In this document: one piece after another, positions 27,765-37,381 of the stretch
Numbering within the stretch: the first letter of the stretch is position 1
Layout: every line of letters starts with the position of its first letter
IMG/VR virus record: IMGVR_UViG_3300018063_000001
Coordinates: 1-64,000 of that record
From: a virus
DNA length: 64,000 bases
Reading direction: 5' to 3' (one strand)
Program-made: the position numbers and the translations under genes
The notes under the pieces: model-generated
What the model was told of the DNA's origin: nothing
Databases searched by the model: none
What the model saw: only the letters and a program-made list of their open reading frames with translations

Positions 27765-29273
27765 ATGGCTGACGAACTATTATTACAACGTAAATGGGGC
27801 AACGTGGATGTCCAAATAGGAGGGCCAGGTAACAACTGGCAATATCTTTCAAGCTGTGCGGCTATGACCGGCCCTGAAGTACCTTTCGGTGATACTGAGA
27901 CGCGGTGGTGTCAAGACCCTAAAGTGGCCGGTGGATTTAGACGATCAAGCAAAATCCGCACTGCCCCTGACCTGATTACATTCGATCTTACAACCAAGCT
28001 TAACAAAATCAATCACCTCAAGCGTCTCAACTGTCCTTTCTCACAACGTGCGCGGTATAACATTTGTGGAGAACGCGAAGACGTATCTCAGTACGACCCA
28101 CTGATGTTGACTTATTGTAGTGTAGAGCTTAACTCCAAATCCTATGAGGATTTGGTAATTACTAGTCAAGAGAACGATGATGAAATCATTATTACTGCCA
28201 GCGCCAGTGCGGATTATGAGTACATTGTCGAGAAAATCATGCCCGCCCGTACCGGCTCCCTCGCTACGCTTGGCGACCAACCGATAAACGATATTGAGTT
28301 CTGCGATTCACCCGATTGCGGCGGCTATTGTGGCGATCCCTCGGATGGCTGTACGATTCAATTCGGTGTGACTGATGCGGATACTACACCTTACACGAAT
28401 CCCAACTTGGTAAAGGGTGTCAAGAATCTAAACACGGGTGCTATCACCTGGACTAACTTGCCTATCATGGGGTTGAATGGCAATGCTGAGAATATCGAGT
28501 GCGCTGGTAAGCGCATCGGAGTCACGTCTAGTGCTGATGCTGTGTTCGCTTACAACGATGATCCGAATCAGGATCAGGATGAATGGAACGTTGTTGCCTT
28601 AACTCGCACACCTAGCACGAATCACAATGCTTTACACGCTCGTACATCGCGTGAATGGTGGCTAGCCTGTAACGGTGGATATATTCTCAAGAGTGTTGAT
28701 GGTGGGGTTACCTGGAGTGAAGTTCACTCAGCAACTATTACCACGCAGAACATTCTCAGTGTTTACGCTTATGATAAAGATTTGGTTGTAGCCGGTGGCG
28801 CTGTTGGCGTGATGCTAATCTCCAAGGATGGTGGGCAGACGTGGGCAGACATTACCGAGGTTGCTACCACAGCGGCTAGTATCCTTGACATCGTTATTCC
28901 TCCGAATAGAAGCAAAGAGATTTACATCGGCACAAACAACGGACGCATCTATCGCTCAACTAATCAAGGTGATACGTTTAGTCGTGTCTCATTCGATGGC
29001 GATTCGGTTGGCACGGTGGATGACATCGACTTTTGCGGGCCATGCGCCGGTGATGTCATGTTCATCCTACATAATGACGCTGGCCCACGTGCTAGAATCC
29101 TACGCGATTTAAGCGGTGGCGCAGGTGGTAGTGATATTGAGGTAATAATGGACTACACGCAAGTCATTGGCGGTGGTATTGACCTAAACGCGATGGCTTG
29201 CTGTGGTGAGAATGAGCTAATCGCGGCTGGCGAGAATCAAGGCGGGTTCCCAGTTGTAGTTAGGGCATCATAA
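27765..29273 (+). CDS. Putative major tail protein with C-terminal BNR/Asp-box beta-propeller-like region
   Basis: Last large gene before the chaperone/tape-measure genes. SVDGGVTWSEV and SKDGGQTWADI fit the SxDxGxTW Asp-box; STNQGDTFSRV is a degenerate third copy. Confidence 0.45.
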   Translation: MADELLLQRKWGNVDVQIGGPGNNWQYLSSCAAMTGPEVPFGDTETRWCQDPKVAGGFRRSSKIRTAPDLITFDLTTKLNKINHLKRLNCPFSQRARYNICGEREDVSQYDPLMLTYCSVELNSKSYEDLVITSQENDDEIIITASASADYEYIVEKIMPARTGSLATLGDQPINDIEFCDSPDCGGYCGDPSDGCTIQFGVTDADTTPYTNPNLVKGVKNLNTGAITWTNLPIMGLNGNAENIECAGKRIGVTSSADAVFAYNDDPNQDQDEWNVVALTRTPSTNHNALHARTSREWWLACNGGYILKSVDGGVTWSEVHSATITTQNILSVYAYDKDLVVAGGAVGVMLISKDGGQTWADITEVATTAASILDIVIPPNRSKEIYIGTNNGRIYRSTNQGDTFSRVSFDGDSVGTVDDIDFCGPCAGDVMFILHNDAGPRARILRDLSGGAGGSDIEVIMDYTQVIGGGIDLNAMACCGENELIAAGENQGGFPVVVRAS

Positions 29274-29296
29274 ATAAAAAACTCCCCGAAGGGAGT
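29272..29296 (-). terminator. Intrinsic terminator (hairpin shared by convergent genes)
   Basis: ACTCCC-CGAA-GGGAGT hairpin (29281-29296) is preceded by an A-run on the plus strand, which is a U-tract on the minus-strand transcript. Confidence 0.65.
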
Positions 29297-29469
29297 TAGA
29301 TGTTATGAGAGGTGATTGTTACTTTTTGGGAAGGTATATCCTTGAACCATTCCCGTAATTCTGAAGCGCGTCTTTTAGCTTCAGTCTCAGTTCGGAAGTA
29401 GTAGTCTTGATTAGAACCATAACGACTGCCTGAGGTTAAATGAACGATGTAGGTAGTTTGGATTTTCAT
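29296..29469 (-). CDS. Small hypothetical protein (57 aa)
   Basis: ATGA overlap with the upstream RHH gene stop. Ends in the terminator hairpin. Not in the ORF track (<60 aa). Confidence 0.45.
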   Translation of the reverse strand: MKIQTTYIVHLTSGSRYGSNQDYYFRTETEAKRRASELREWFKDIPSQKVTITSHNI

Positions 29470-29639
29470 AGTGTCTGCCTTTCAAAATATTCTATGAGTA
29501 ACCTTTGAATGAGTTTACTTCTATTGCCTTGCAGTTTTGCTAATAGTTCAGGTGGGAGGGTTATCATTACCTTTTTGAACTTTGTTTCAGAGGGCTTAGG
29601 CTTGCGCCCTTGCCCCCTGTTTAGACCACCTCTAGGCAT
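29466..29639 (-). CDS. Ribbon-helix-helix (CopG/Arc-like) DNA-binding protein
   Basis: KKVMITLPPELLAKLQGNRSKLIQRLLIEYFERQ has a beta-strand/helix/helix pattern. The internal Met (MPRGG) is chosen because the first 35 codons of the listed ORF overlap the upstream gene. Confidence 0.5.
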   Translation of the reverse strand: MPRGGLNRGQGRKPKPSETKFKKVMITLPPELLAKLQGNRSKLIQRLLIEYFERQTL

Positions 29640-29853
29640 TTTCCGGCTCGCTGATGGTAGAGAATTGTCGAAATCTACGAGCCATATAATTGAACTTTCG
29701 CAACTGCTTGTAGGTTTCCATAACAACCGTGATATAACTTTCATCTAGTCGGTTGTCTGGATTGATAACAAAGTTTCGGTAAAGTTCCTGCTCTAGTTTG
29801 ACTGATTTCTCTAGGGCGATTTCTAAATTTGATGCATCTAAAACGGTTGACAT
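29632..29853 (-). CDS. Hypothetical protein, first gene of the reverse-oriented mini-operon
   Basis: 73-aa ORF on the minus strand inside the plus-strand tail module. Confidence 0.45.
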   Translation of the reverse strand: MSTVLDASNLEIALEKSVKLEQELYRNFVINPDNRLDESYITVVMETYKQLRKFNYMARRFRQFSTISEPENA

Positions 29854-29956
29854 TCCGTTTTCCCTTCGTAACTAAATGATTGATTTGATTGAATACAGTA
29901 TATACCATATTCAAAGTAATTGATATAGTACTTTTAGCTATAATTTAAGGACAAGC

Positions 29957-30529
29957 ATGGCAAAAGCTAGAGAGGTACAAAAGTTCATAGGCGAATCTAA
30001 AACCCTATCCAGTGGGGTGACGGTTACGGTTATCCCGTTTCCCCCTGGACTCTTGCAGCGCATAAATTCAGACCATCCCGATCCTGAACCACCAAAGAAG
30101 ACAATTGAGGTACTTGGCGGTACTGAGGAAATAGATGACCTGAAAGATGAGGGTTATCTAGCTGAAAAAGAATCTGTCACCACACAGCGTAACTCCCTAC
30201 TTGGTGAAGCGGTTATCGAATTGTGCGTTGAGTTAGACTTAAAACTCTATGCCAAAGAGATTAAGAAGTTAGAACGTTTCACCTCTCCCTATCCTGATGA
30301 TACCGATGAACGGCGTATGCGCTTTCTGCAAGAGTACGCACTACGCACGCGCGGGGATTATGAAGTCGTTATCACCTCTGCCATAACTCAAATTGCCATA
30401 TCAGATGAGGAGGTAGCGGAGCGGATAGCCACGTTTCAAACCGACATGGCACGGGGTAGCTCTAACGGACATAAAGCATCCGGCGCTAATGAAGTCGAGC
30501 GGGTGGCAGTGGAACTCCCGCAAGCGTGA
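29957..30529 (+). CDS. Tail assembly chaperone (G-like)
   Basis: Acidic 190-aa ORF immediately upstream of the tape measure gene, overlapped at its 3' end by a second ORF. Confidence 0.55.
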   Translation: MAKAREVQKFIGESKTLSSGVTVTVIPFPPGLLQRINSDHPDPEPPKKTIEVLGGTEEIDDLKDEGYLAEKESVTTQRNSLLGEAVIELCVELDLKLYAKEIKKLERFTSPYPDDTDERRMRFLQEYALRTRGDYEVVITSAITQIAISDEEVAERIATFQTDMARGSSNGHKASGANEVERVAVELPQA

Positions 30530-30707
30530 TGCTGATGCTGCCAGGTGGGCAGGGTTCAAATTACTGAGTGAGTTTGAGGCGTTGCCAAAAGAGGATAAGT
30601 TAGATTTACTGGCTTTGTATGAAATAGATTGGAAAGTGCAAGCTATCAATTCGTATGAAGCTAATCAGGAAATGCAAAGGTCAGTTAGAAAGCCTAGACG
30701 GAAATGA
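30489..30707 (+). CDS. Tail assembly chaperone extension ORF (T-like; possibly expressed by frameshift)
   Basis: This frame is open from 30429 and overlaps the 3' end of 29957..30529. It lies +1 (or -2) relative to the upstream gene. Confidence 0.4.
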   Translation: MKSSGWQWNSRKRDADAARWAGFKLLSEFEALPKEDKLDLLALYEIDWKVQAINSYEANQEMQRSVRKPRRK

Positions 30708-30736
30708 GTTTAGGCTTTATTTTTGAGGTATAGATT

Positions 30737-33700
30737 TTGGCCCTTCCGCAAGTCGGCTTAGAAGCCGTTATCGCCAACTTAGGCAACTTCTCAGCCGGTG
30801 CTAAAACCATTACAAATGCCTATAACGATATTAACGTTAAGGCCGGCGCTGTAGAAAAGGCTACAGGCGCTTTAGGCACTTCGTTAGTTGGCCTGGGTAG
30901 TCACCTACTCAGCATAGGTGCTATCGCTGGTGGTGCGGCCTTAGCCGGTGTCACTGCGCTTGGTGCTGGACTGGCTACGTTTGCAGTAGTGGGTATCAAT
31001 AAAGCTATTGATTTAGACGCGCAAATGGCGACTATTGCCGCTACAATGAATACCACGAAAGAGGCAGTCGGGCCGCTGAAGGATTTAATTTTAGACCTCG
31101 CTTTAGACCCTAATCTCACAGTAAATACAACACAAGCAGCCGATGCGATTCAGTTGTTGGCGCAGAATGGTGCTACAGCAGACCAGATTATCGGCGGTTT
31201 GGCTGCTTCAACCGTAGCACTAGCTAATGCAACCGGCTCTGATTTTGGCGTAGCTGCTAATGTCGCCTCTGGCATTATGAAGGTGTTTAACCTCGAAGCC
31301 AAAGATATGGGTATTGCCGTTGACGGTATAACCGGCGTGGTTAATCAGAGTAAGTTCACTATAGATGACTATGCCCAAGCTTTTGCCCAGGCGGGTAGCG
31401 TTGCGGCGGGTATGGGTGTCAGTTTGCAGGATTTTAACACAGTCATAACAGCGACTTCGGATAGCTTTACCAGTGGTTCAGATGCGGGTACTAGCTTTAA
31501 GACTCTGTTGCAACGATTAGCTAATCCAACCGATGAAGTAAGAGCCGTAACTGAGAAATACGGTATATCCCTATTCGATGCAACTGGCAATATGCGGCCA
31601 TTATCCGAGGTAGCAGGACAGCTTAATAACGTTCTGCAAGGCACTGCCACTATTACCGAAACCGCAGGCGGGGCTACCAAAAAGATGACGGCGGCGGCGG
31701 AAAAAGCACAAAAGGCTATACCTAATCTGACAACTAGCATCGGGCAACAGGAATCTAAGCTAAAACTTCTGCAAGACGAATTAGGCGCAATCGCTTTTCA
31801 CTATGGCGCGGATTCGCTTAGAGCCAGGAAGGCGCAATTAGCTATTGATAATCTCACTATCAGTATCGACCAGAATAAAACTAAACTATCGGATTATCAG
31901 GGTGCTATTTCTGCTGTAACCGGGGCGCAAGAGCAACAGATAACCAGTGCCAAGACTCTAACTGAGGCTGAGAAAGCAGAATTAGCAGCTGTTATCGGCG
32001 GTGCTGATGCGGCCAGAATCGTACTCGCTTTATCTCAAACCACGGCGGCTGAATTTGATACGTTATCGGGTAAGGTTAACGATGTGGGGCAAGCCTTTAG
32101 AAGCGCGGCGACTCGCGTTGATTCTGTATCAGGTGCGTTTGAGATATTCAGGGGGATAGTCGAAGCAGTTCAAATTCAAGTAGGTGATAAGTTCCTGCCG
32201 ATTCTGCGAGGGGTGACAGTTGGCTTTACTGACCTGGCAAGCAAAGCGGGGCCGGTGGTGGTAGACTTTTTCGGTAAAATAGCAGATACCATAGCTACTT
32301 TGGTAGATAAGGCAAGAGGCATAATTGATGTATTTGGTGATAAAGGCTTAGCGGGTGTATTTGCTAAACTAGGTCTAAAAGGTAGTGCTTTATTCCTTAA
32401 AAAGCTAACTGAATTAGGTAGCAAATTTGGCTTTGTAGAGGATGGTGCTTCTTCATTGGGTGACGCGATAAAAGATGCTTTCAAGTGGATAGGGGATAAT
32501 CTTTTCCCGATGTTATCAGATGGACTGACTCGTATTAACAGCTTCATTGATACGGCAAAGGACTTAGTTACCACGTTTCAAGCGGGTGGTTTGTTCGGTT
32601 CGCGTTCCGGCTCGTTTGGCAGCGAGGGGCTACTGGCAGCGCTTGGGATACCCCCTGACATAATTGACACGGTTCAAGGTGTGCTTGATAGCATTACCGA
32701 AAAAGTCAATGCTTTTATGACAGGTGGTCTATTTGGCACGATGAAGGAAACGCCAGGGGGGATGCAAGAAACCGGGGGGCTACTGGCAGCGCTGGGAATA
32801 AATGAGGACTTTCCCACCATACTCGAAAACTGGGCAGGGCAGGTGATTGCAGCCATCCCTGACGTTTTAACCGACATACTATCATCCATTGCTACCTTTG
32901 CGGCTGATAACTGGCCTATAATTTCTGAGGCTTTAGCGGATTGGACAACTAAATTTTGGGACTGGGCCAAGGATGCGGCGGCTGGTGTAGGTGCGGGTAT
33001 GGCAGTTTTGGGTATTGCCCTGCTAGCCTGGGCCACCTCCGAAGAGGCTCTGGCGTCTATGACACTGCTTGGTCAAACGATTGGCACGATGCTAACCGAT
33101 GCCATCAAGTTGAGTTTTGAGGGAGGTGAGGGAATCGGTACATCAATGGGTTCTTTGATGACTGGCATGGGTATCGTCATTGCCTCTCTTGTGGGTAGCC
33201 TGATCGTCCTGGGTGGTCAGATTGTCGCCGGCATCCTGTCTGGCATCCTGGAAAGCCTTGGGATCGACCTGGAGCCAACCACCTTTGCCGAACTGGGTGG
33301 CATCTTGACCAGAATTGGCACAGACATCAAAACCATTGCCAGCGTTGTCGGCAACAACATCATAAAGGGGATTAAAACCGGTTGGGATAACACCGTTGAA
33401 ACCGTTACCACTGCGTTTCAAACCGGGGTTGACTCCTGGATGAAGATCATCACTGAGACGGAATGGGTTGATATTGGTAAGGGTATTATTGACGGTATTC
33501 TCAAAGGCATTAAGGATAATGCTGGTAAAGTCCTGGAGAAGCTTAAAGACCTCATGGATGATTTTCTATCAACAGCAGCTAGTGCTGTTGGCTATGGCTC
33601 ACCTGCTGCTGAGTTTATTCCCATCGGCGCAAGTATACCAGAAGCCCTGATTGCCGGTATCAATTCGGGTGCGCCGGGTGTAATGGCTGCATTGGGGAAT

Positions 33701-34765
33701 ATAACCCAAGCAACTATTGATAAGTTGCTAGGTGTCACTCGCAACGTAGCCAACACTCGTGGCGTCATCGGTGCGGCGGCTGATGACGTCGAAAAGTTCC
33801 TCGATAGGATTGGAGCTAAGGGAGCGAAGGGAGATCTTACGCTACAAATCCTAAAGGATGCTTTTCGGGATAACGCCGATGAGATTCTAAATGCGACTGA
33901 CCGAGCGGCCAAGTTTGAGGAAGTTGTTAATCGAACCGGCGTAAATTGGGAGCGGATTTTTGCGGGCGGTAGCGTTAATCCGTTTGCTGGTAAAGGCGGT
34001 GGGGCGTTCGGTGTTTTTATCAACGCCTTTGATAAGCGCAAGAAGGAATTAGAGAGACTACAACAGCAGATATTTATTGAGGCTGGTAAGACGGCGCTCG
34101 CCATCGGCAATAAGCTGAATGACATCGTGCAGGGCAGCGTAGATGTGCTAGATCAACGAGTCGAGACCTTACAGGGGTTGATAGATTCGGGTTTAACTGA
34201 GGTTAACTTTGAGGGGCTGATTATTAGCCAGACGCAGGCGCAGGATTTACTCAATGCAGCCCTGCAAGAACAAGCTGATATTCAGGATGACATTTTACAG
34301 CTTAAGCAGAATGAACAAAAGTTGGGCTTTCTCGAAAAACAGCTTGCCTTAATTGATACGCTTAACGCTGCCGGCTTGAATGTGCAGGATATTCTGGGTG
34401 GTATAACGCTTGGTTTGGATGCTTCTATACCTGACATGATTGAGGCTACGAATCGCCTGGTTATGGCGATGATTGAGCAAGTGAATGCAGATTTGCAGCT
34501 AGGTAGTCCATCTAAGGTTATGGTGAAGAAGGGTGGTTTTGCAGGGAAGGGCTTGGGGCAAGGTTTTGTGCAAGGACTTATGGCACAAATACCTAACATA
34601 ACAAGTGCGATGCAACAGGCCATAGTAGGGCCGGTAAGTGGGCCGGTACTGAGCGGTGGGAGTAGTTCACGGGTAACAAATAACAACTTTAATATGGCAG
34701 TGACAACGGGCGCTTCTCCGCAAAACGTTATCAATCAATTTGAAATTGCACGGTCAATGGTATGA
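30737..34765 (+). CDS. Tape measure protein
   Basis: 1342 aa, Ala/Gly/Leu-rich with long helical stretches and internal GGLFG / GGLLAALGI repeats. Follows the chaperone pair. TTG start. Confidence 0.85.
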   Translation: MALPQVGLEAVIANLGNFSAGAKTITNAYNDINVKAGAVEKATGALGTSLVGLGSHLLSIGAIAGGAALAGVTALGAGLATFAVVGINKAIDLDAQMATIAATMNTTKEAVGPLKDLILDLALDPNLTVNTTQAADAIQLLAQNGATADQIIGGLAASTVALANATGSDFGVAANVASGIMKVFNLEAKDMGIAVDGITGVVNQSKFTIDDYAQAFAQAGSVAAGMGVSLQDFNTVITATSDSFTSGSDAGTSFKTLLQRLANPTDEVRAVTEKYGISLFDATGNMRPLSEVAGQLNNVLQGTATITETAGGATKKMTAAAEKAQKAIPNLTTSIGQQESKLKLLQDELGAIAFHYGADSLRARKAQLAIDNLTISIDQNKTKLSDYQGAISAVTGAQEQQITSAKTLTEAEKAELAAVIGGADAARIVLALSQTTAAEFDTLSGKVNDVGQAFRSAATRVDSVSGAFEIFRGIVEAVQIQVGDKFLPILRGVTVGFTDLASKAGPVVVDFFGKIADTIATLVDKARGIIDVFGDKGLAGVFAKLGLKGSALFLKKLTELGSKFGFVEDGASSLGDAIKDAFKWIGDNLFPMLSDGLTRINSFIDTAKDLVTTFQAGGLFGSRSGSFGSEGLLAALGIPPDIIDTVQGVLDSITEKVNAFMTGGLFGTMKETPGGMQETGGLLAALGINEDFPTILENWAGQVIAAIPDVLTDILSSIATFAADNWPIISEALADWTTKFWDWAKDAAAGVGAGMAVLGIALLAWATSEEALASMTLLGQTIGTMLTDAIKLSFEGGEGIGTSMGSLMTGMGIVIASLVGSLIVLGGQIVAGILSGILESLGIDLEPTTFAELGGILTRIGTDIKTIASVVGNNIIKGIKTGWDNTVETVTTAFQTGVDSWMKIITETEWVDIGKGIIDGILKGIKDNAGKVLEKLKDLMDDFLSTAASAVGYGSPAAEFIPIGASIPEALIAGINSGAPGVMAALGNITQATIDKLLGVTRNVANTRGVIGAAADDVEKFLDRIGAKGAKGDLTLQILKDAFRDNADEILNATDRAAKFEEVVNRTGVNWERIFAGGSVNPFAGKGGGAFGVFINAFDKRKKELERLQQQIFIEAGKTALAIGNKLNDIVQGSVDVLDQRVETLQGLIDSGLTEVNFEGLIISQTQAQDLLNAALQEQADIQDDILQLKQNEQKLGFLEKQLALIDTLNAAGLNVQDILGGITLGLDASIPDMIEATNRLVMAMIEQVNADLQLGSPSKVMVKKGGFAGKGLGQGFVQGLMAQIPNITSAMQQAIVGPVSGPVLSGGSSSRVTNNNFNMAVTTGASPQNVINQFEIARSMV

Positions 34766-34777
34766 AAGCAGAGGGCA

Positions 34778-37357
34778 ATGAGAAAGTTATTAGCAGTTAT
34801 TCTGTTTTTGATTCTAGTTGGTACAAGCTACGCACAAGAACCTCATAAGGTATATCTACCAATTATCATGTTAAAAGACCCACCCGTAAACACGTGGCAG
34901 ATTGTTAAGCCGATAGCGACAACGAATTATGTCCTGAATCCTTCAGCCGAAACAACTGGCAACTTTGTGGCGATTGGAAGCGCGACGGTTACGAGGGTAA
35001 GTACTTACGCGAAATATGGATTAAATAGTTTTAGAATCCAAACCTTCGCAACTAACACCGGCCTATCTCTAACCACTGGCACGCTGACAAATGCCACCCA
35101 CTGGATGACAGCGCGTATCCGTGGCAGATTACCCCGCGAGTTACGCTTCAGCATCGGCCCTGATTCTAAAAAGGCTATCTTCATCGAAAAGATAGATGAC
35201 GCATGGGATTTATATGGCGCGTTATTCGGTGCGGCTGAATCTAATGGCAGGACAGCAGCAAGTATTACTCAGTTTGGTACAGGTAGTGGTGATTTCTATG
35301 TCGATGGGATTCAAGTTGAGCCACAACCCGACTGGACAACCTACGTTGACGGGACGCAAGATGGCTGCGAGTGGAATGGCGCTGATAATGCTTCGACATC
35401 TAGCCGTAGTGGTGAGAGTAGCGCCGGTGGAATCCCACAGGATTTATATCAAGAGTATCGCTTCTTTGTCACCAAAATCATCGGCGCGGGTGCTTCTACA
35501 CAAGAATTAAACGTGGATTCATATGCGCTTCTACCTGGTGGTGAGATGAATAGCTTAAAGGTTCAGCCTCGCCAGTTTACACTTATAGGCAAATTCATCA
35601 CCGATACTGAAATGGAGTTGCACGATAACCGGCAAGAGTTGATTAAGCTGCTTAAAACTAACACGTCGGACCAGCCGCTCAAGTTGAGATTTAACAACGC
35701 ACGGGTAGAGAAGGAGATAGGCGTCTTTTATCAGGGGGGATTAGAGGGTGACTTGGCAGCCTTCTATGAGAACCTTGAACCTATCGAGGATAACCAGTGG
35801 GGTGAGGTAAAGCAGTTTGTTGAGAAAGCACCCATTCAATTTCTAGCACCTGATCCGTATTGGTATGAAGTGGGCGAGAGTGCGGCGAGTCTGACTGCCA
35901 CGGATGGGGGGTTGTACGCTGACGCCAGTGACAGCGCCACATTCAGGCTAGTAGCGGGTAGGTTGAGGAGTACGGGGCAGTGGAGTCCACTTGGGCCGCC
36001 AGGTGCGGGTGGGACTTATACCTCAGTAAATACTATCGCTGAGGATGCGACCTATCTCTATATCGGCGGCAATTTTCTAAACTTCGATGGCATTGCCAAC
36101 GCTGACAGAATCGTAAGATACGACAAACAAACTGGCGTATATTCGGCAATGGGAACAGGGACGAATGGCATTGTTCATACCATTGTTGTTGGACCAGACG
36201 GTTCGGTATATGTCGGTGGGTTTTTTACCCTGGCCGGGGGTGTAGCCAATACAGCTTACATTGCACGGTGGGACGGCACGGCCTGGAGCGCTCTAGGTAC
36301 GGGGATGGACTTCACGGTAAATCGTCTTATCGTTGGCTTAGATGGCACACTCTACGCCGGAGGTGACTTTACCTTGGCCGGGGGTGTAGCCAATACCGTA
36401 AGAATCGCCGCATGGAATGGGACGGCATGGAGTGCGTTAAGTACAGGGGCAAACGGTATCGTTCGGGCTTTTGCTATTGGCCCAGATGGGACGCTTTACG
36501 CGGGTGGTGCGTTTACAACAATCGGCGGGGTAGCTGCTAATCGTATCGCATCCTGGGATGGTACAGCATTCACTGCCCTATCCAGTGGCGCGGCGGTTTC
36601 AATATTCGCTCTTGCTATTGCCCCCAACGGAATACTGTACGCGGGCGGTTCATTTACGACAATTGGTGGTGTGGCAGCGAATCGTATTGCATCATGGAAT
36701 GGTACAACATTTAGCGCCCTGGGAGACGGGGCAAATAGTGGCGTTGTCTCCACTATAGCCATTGGAGCGGATGGATTCGTTTATGCTGGCGGAACTTTTA
36801 CATCAGCCGGTGGTATCACTCTGGCAGATAGAGCAGCAAGATGGAACGGTTATACCTGGGCGCATTTGGATGTTGATTTGCCCGGTTCTCCCGATGTAAC
36901 CGCTATTTTAGCCAGCAAGTATGTTGACCCGGTTATCAAGCAAAAATACAACCTCTTTCTCGGATTCGATACTACCGGCACAGGTACTTTTGCTGACCTA
37001 TTCACTGTTACCAACAGTGGCAATGTGCCAGTCTTCCCCAAGATTACATACAATCGCGTGGGTGGCCTTACTGCCATTATCGAAACACTGAAGAATGAAA
37101 GGACGGGTAAAGAGTTACTGTTTGATTACTCTCTACTCAGTGGCGAAACGCTGGGGATTGATTTAACGCCAACGAATAAGACTATCATATCTAGTTTCTT
37201 TGGTTCAAGACTAGATGCTGTTTTAGCTAATTCGGACTTCGGTTCGTGGCAGTTGTTGCCGGGTGATAATGACGTGACTACATTTGTAGCTGTCTCAGGT
37301 GGGCCACAGCTTACGGCATATATGCTATGGAGGGACACGTTTGATTCATGGGATTAA
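34778..37357 (+). CDS. Distal tail protein-like (Dit) with N-terminal signal-peptide-like sequence and inserted 6-blade beta-propeller repeat
   Basis: First gene after the tape measure. Dit-like C-terminus (FPKITYNR...LLPGDNDVT). N-terminus MRKLLAVILFLILVGTSYA. Six ~48-aa GGxFTxxGGxxxNxIAxWxGTxWSALG repeats. Confidence 0.5.
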   Translation: MRKLLAVILFLILVGTSYAQEPHKVYLPIIMLKDPPVNTWQIVKPIATTNYVLNPSAETTGNFVAIGSATVTRVSTYAKYGLNSFRIQTFATNTGLSLTTGTLTNATHWMTARIRGRLPRELRFSIGPDSKKAIFIEKIDDAWDLYGALFGAAESNGRTAASITQFGTGSGDFYVDGIQVEPQPDWTTYVDGTQDGCEWNGADNASTSSRSGESSAGGIPQDLYQEYRFFVTKIIGAGASTQELNVDSYALLPGGEMNSLKVQPRQFTLIGKFITDTEMELHDNRQELIKLLKTNTSDQPLKLRFNNARVEKEIGVFYQGGLEGDLAAFYENLEPIEDNQWGEVKQFVEKAPIQFLAPDPYWYEVGESAASLTATDGGLYADASDSATFRLVAGRLRSTGQWSPLGPPGAGGTYTSVNTIAEDATYLYIGGNFLNFDGIANADRIVRYDKQTGVYSAMGTGTNGIVHTIVVGPDGSVYVGGFFTLAGGVANTAYIARWDGTAWSALGTGMDFTVNRLIVGLDGTLYAGGDFTLAGGVANTVRIAAWNGTAWSALSTGANGIVRAFAIGPDGTLYAGGAFTTIGGVAANRIASWDGTAFTALSSGAAVSIFALAIAPNGILYAGGSFTTIGGVAANRIASWNGTTFSALGDGANSGVVSTIAIGADGFVYAGGTFTSAGGITLADRAARWNGYTWAHLDVDLPGSPDVTAILASKYVDPVIKQKYNLFLGFDTTGTGTFADLFTVTNSGNVPVFPKITYNRVGGLTAIIETLKNERTGKELLFDYSLLSGETLGIDLTPTNKTIISSFFGSRLDAVLANSDFGSWQLLPGDNDVTTFVAVSGGPQLTAYMLWRDTFDSWD
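36050..36880 (+). repeat. Tandem ~144-nt coding repeats (6 copies) inside the Dit-like gene
   Basis: Adjacent copies are recognisable at DNA level, e.g. ...accttggccgggggtgtagccaatac... occurs twice, and ggtgcgtttacaacaatcggcgg vs ggttcatttacgacaattggtgg. Confidence 0.8.
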
Positions 37358-37381
37358 TCCAGAATATATAGGGTGTAATAG

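Noticed and set aside
29640-29744. N-terminal 35 codons of listed ORF 29466..29744
   Set aside because: They overlap the upstream 73-aa gene out of frame. The RHH domain starts at the internal Met (29639).
30901-34734. Multiple antisense ORFs (up to 177 aa) inside the tape measure gene
   Set aside because: They are Ala/Ser/Pro-rich mirror frames of a GC-skewed repetitive gene. They have no RBS or operon logic. The long sense ORF explains the region.
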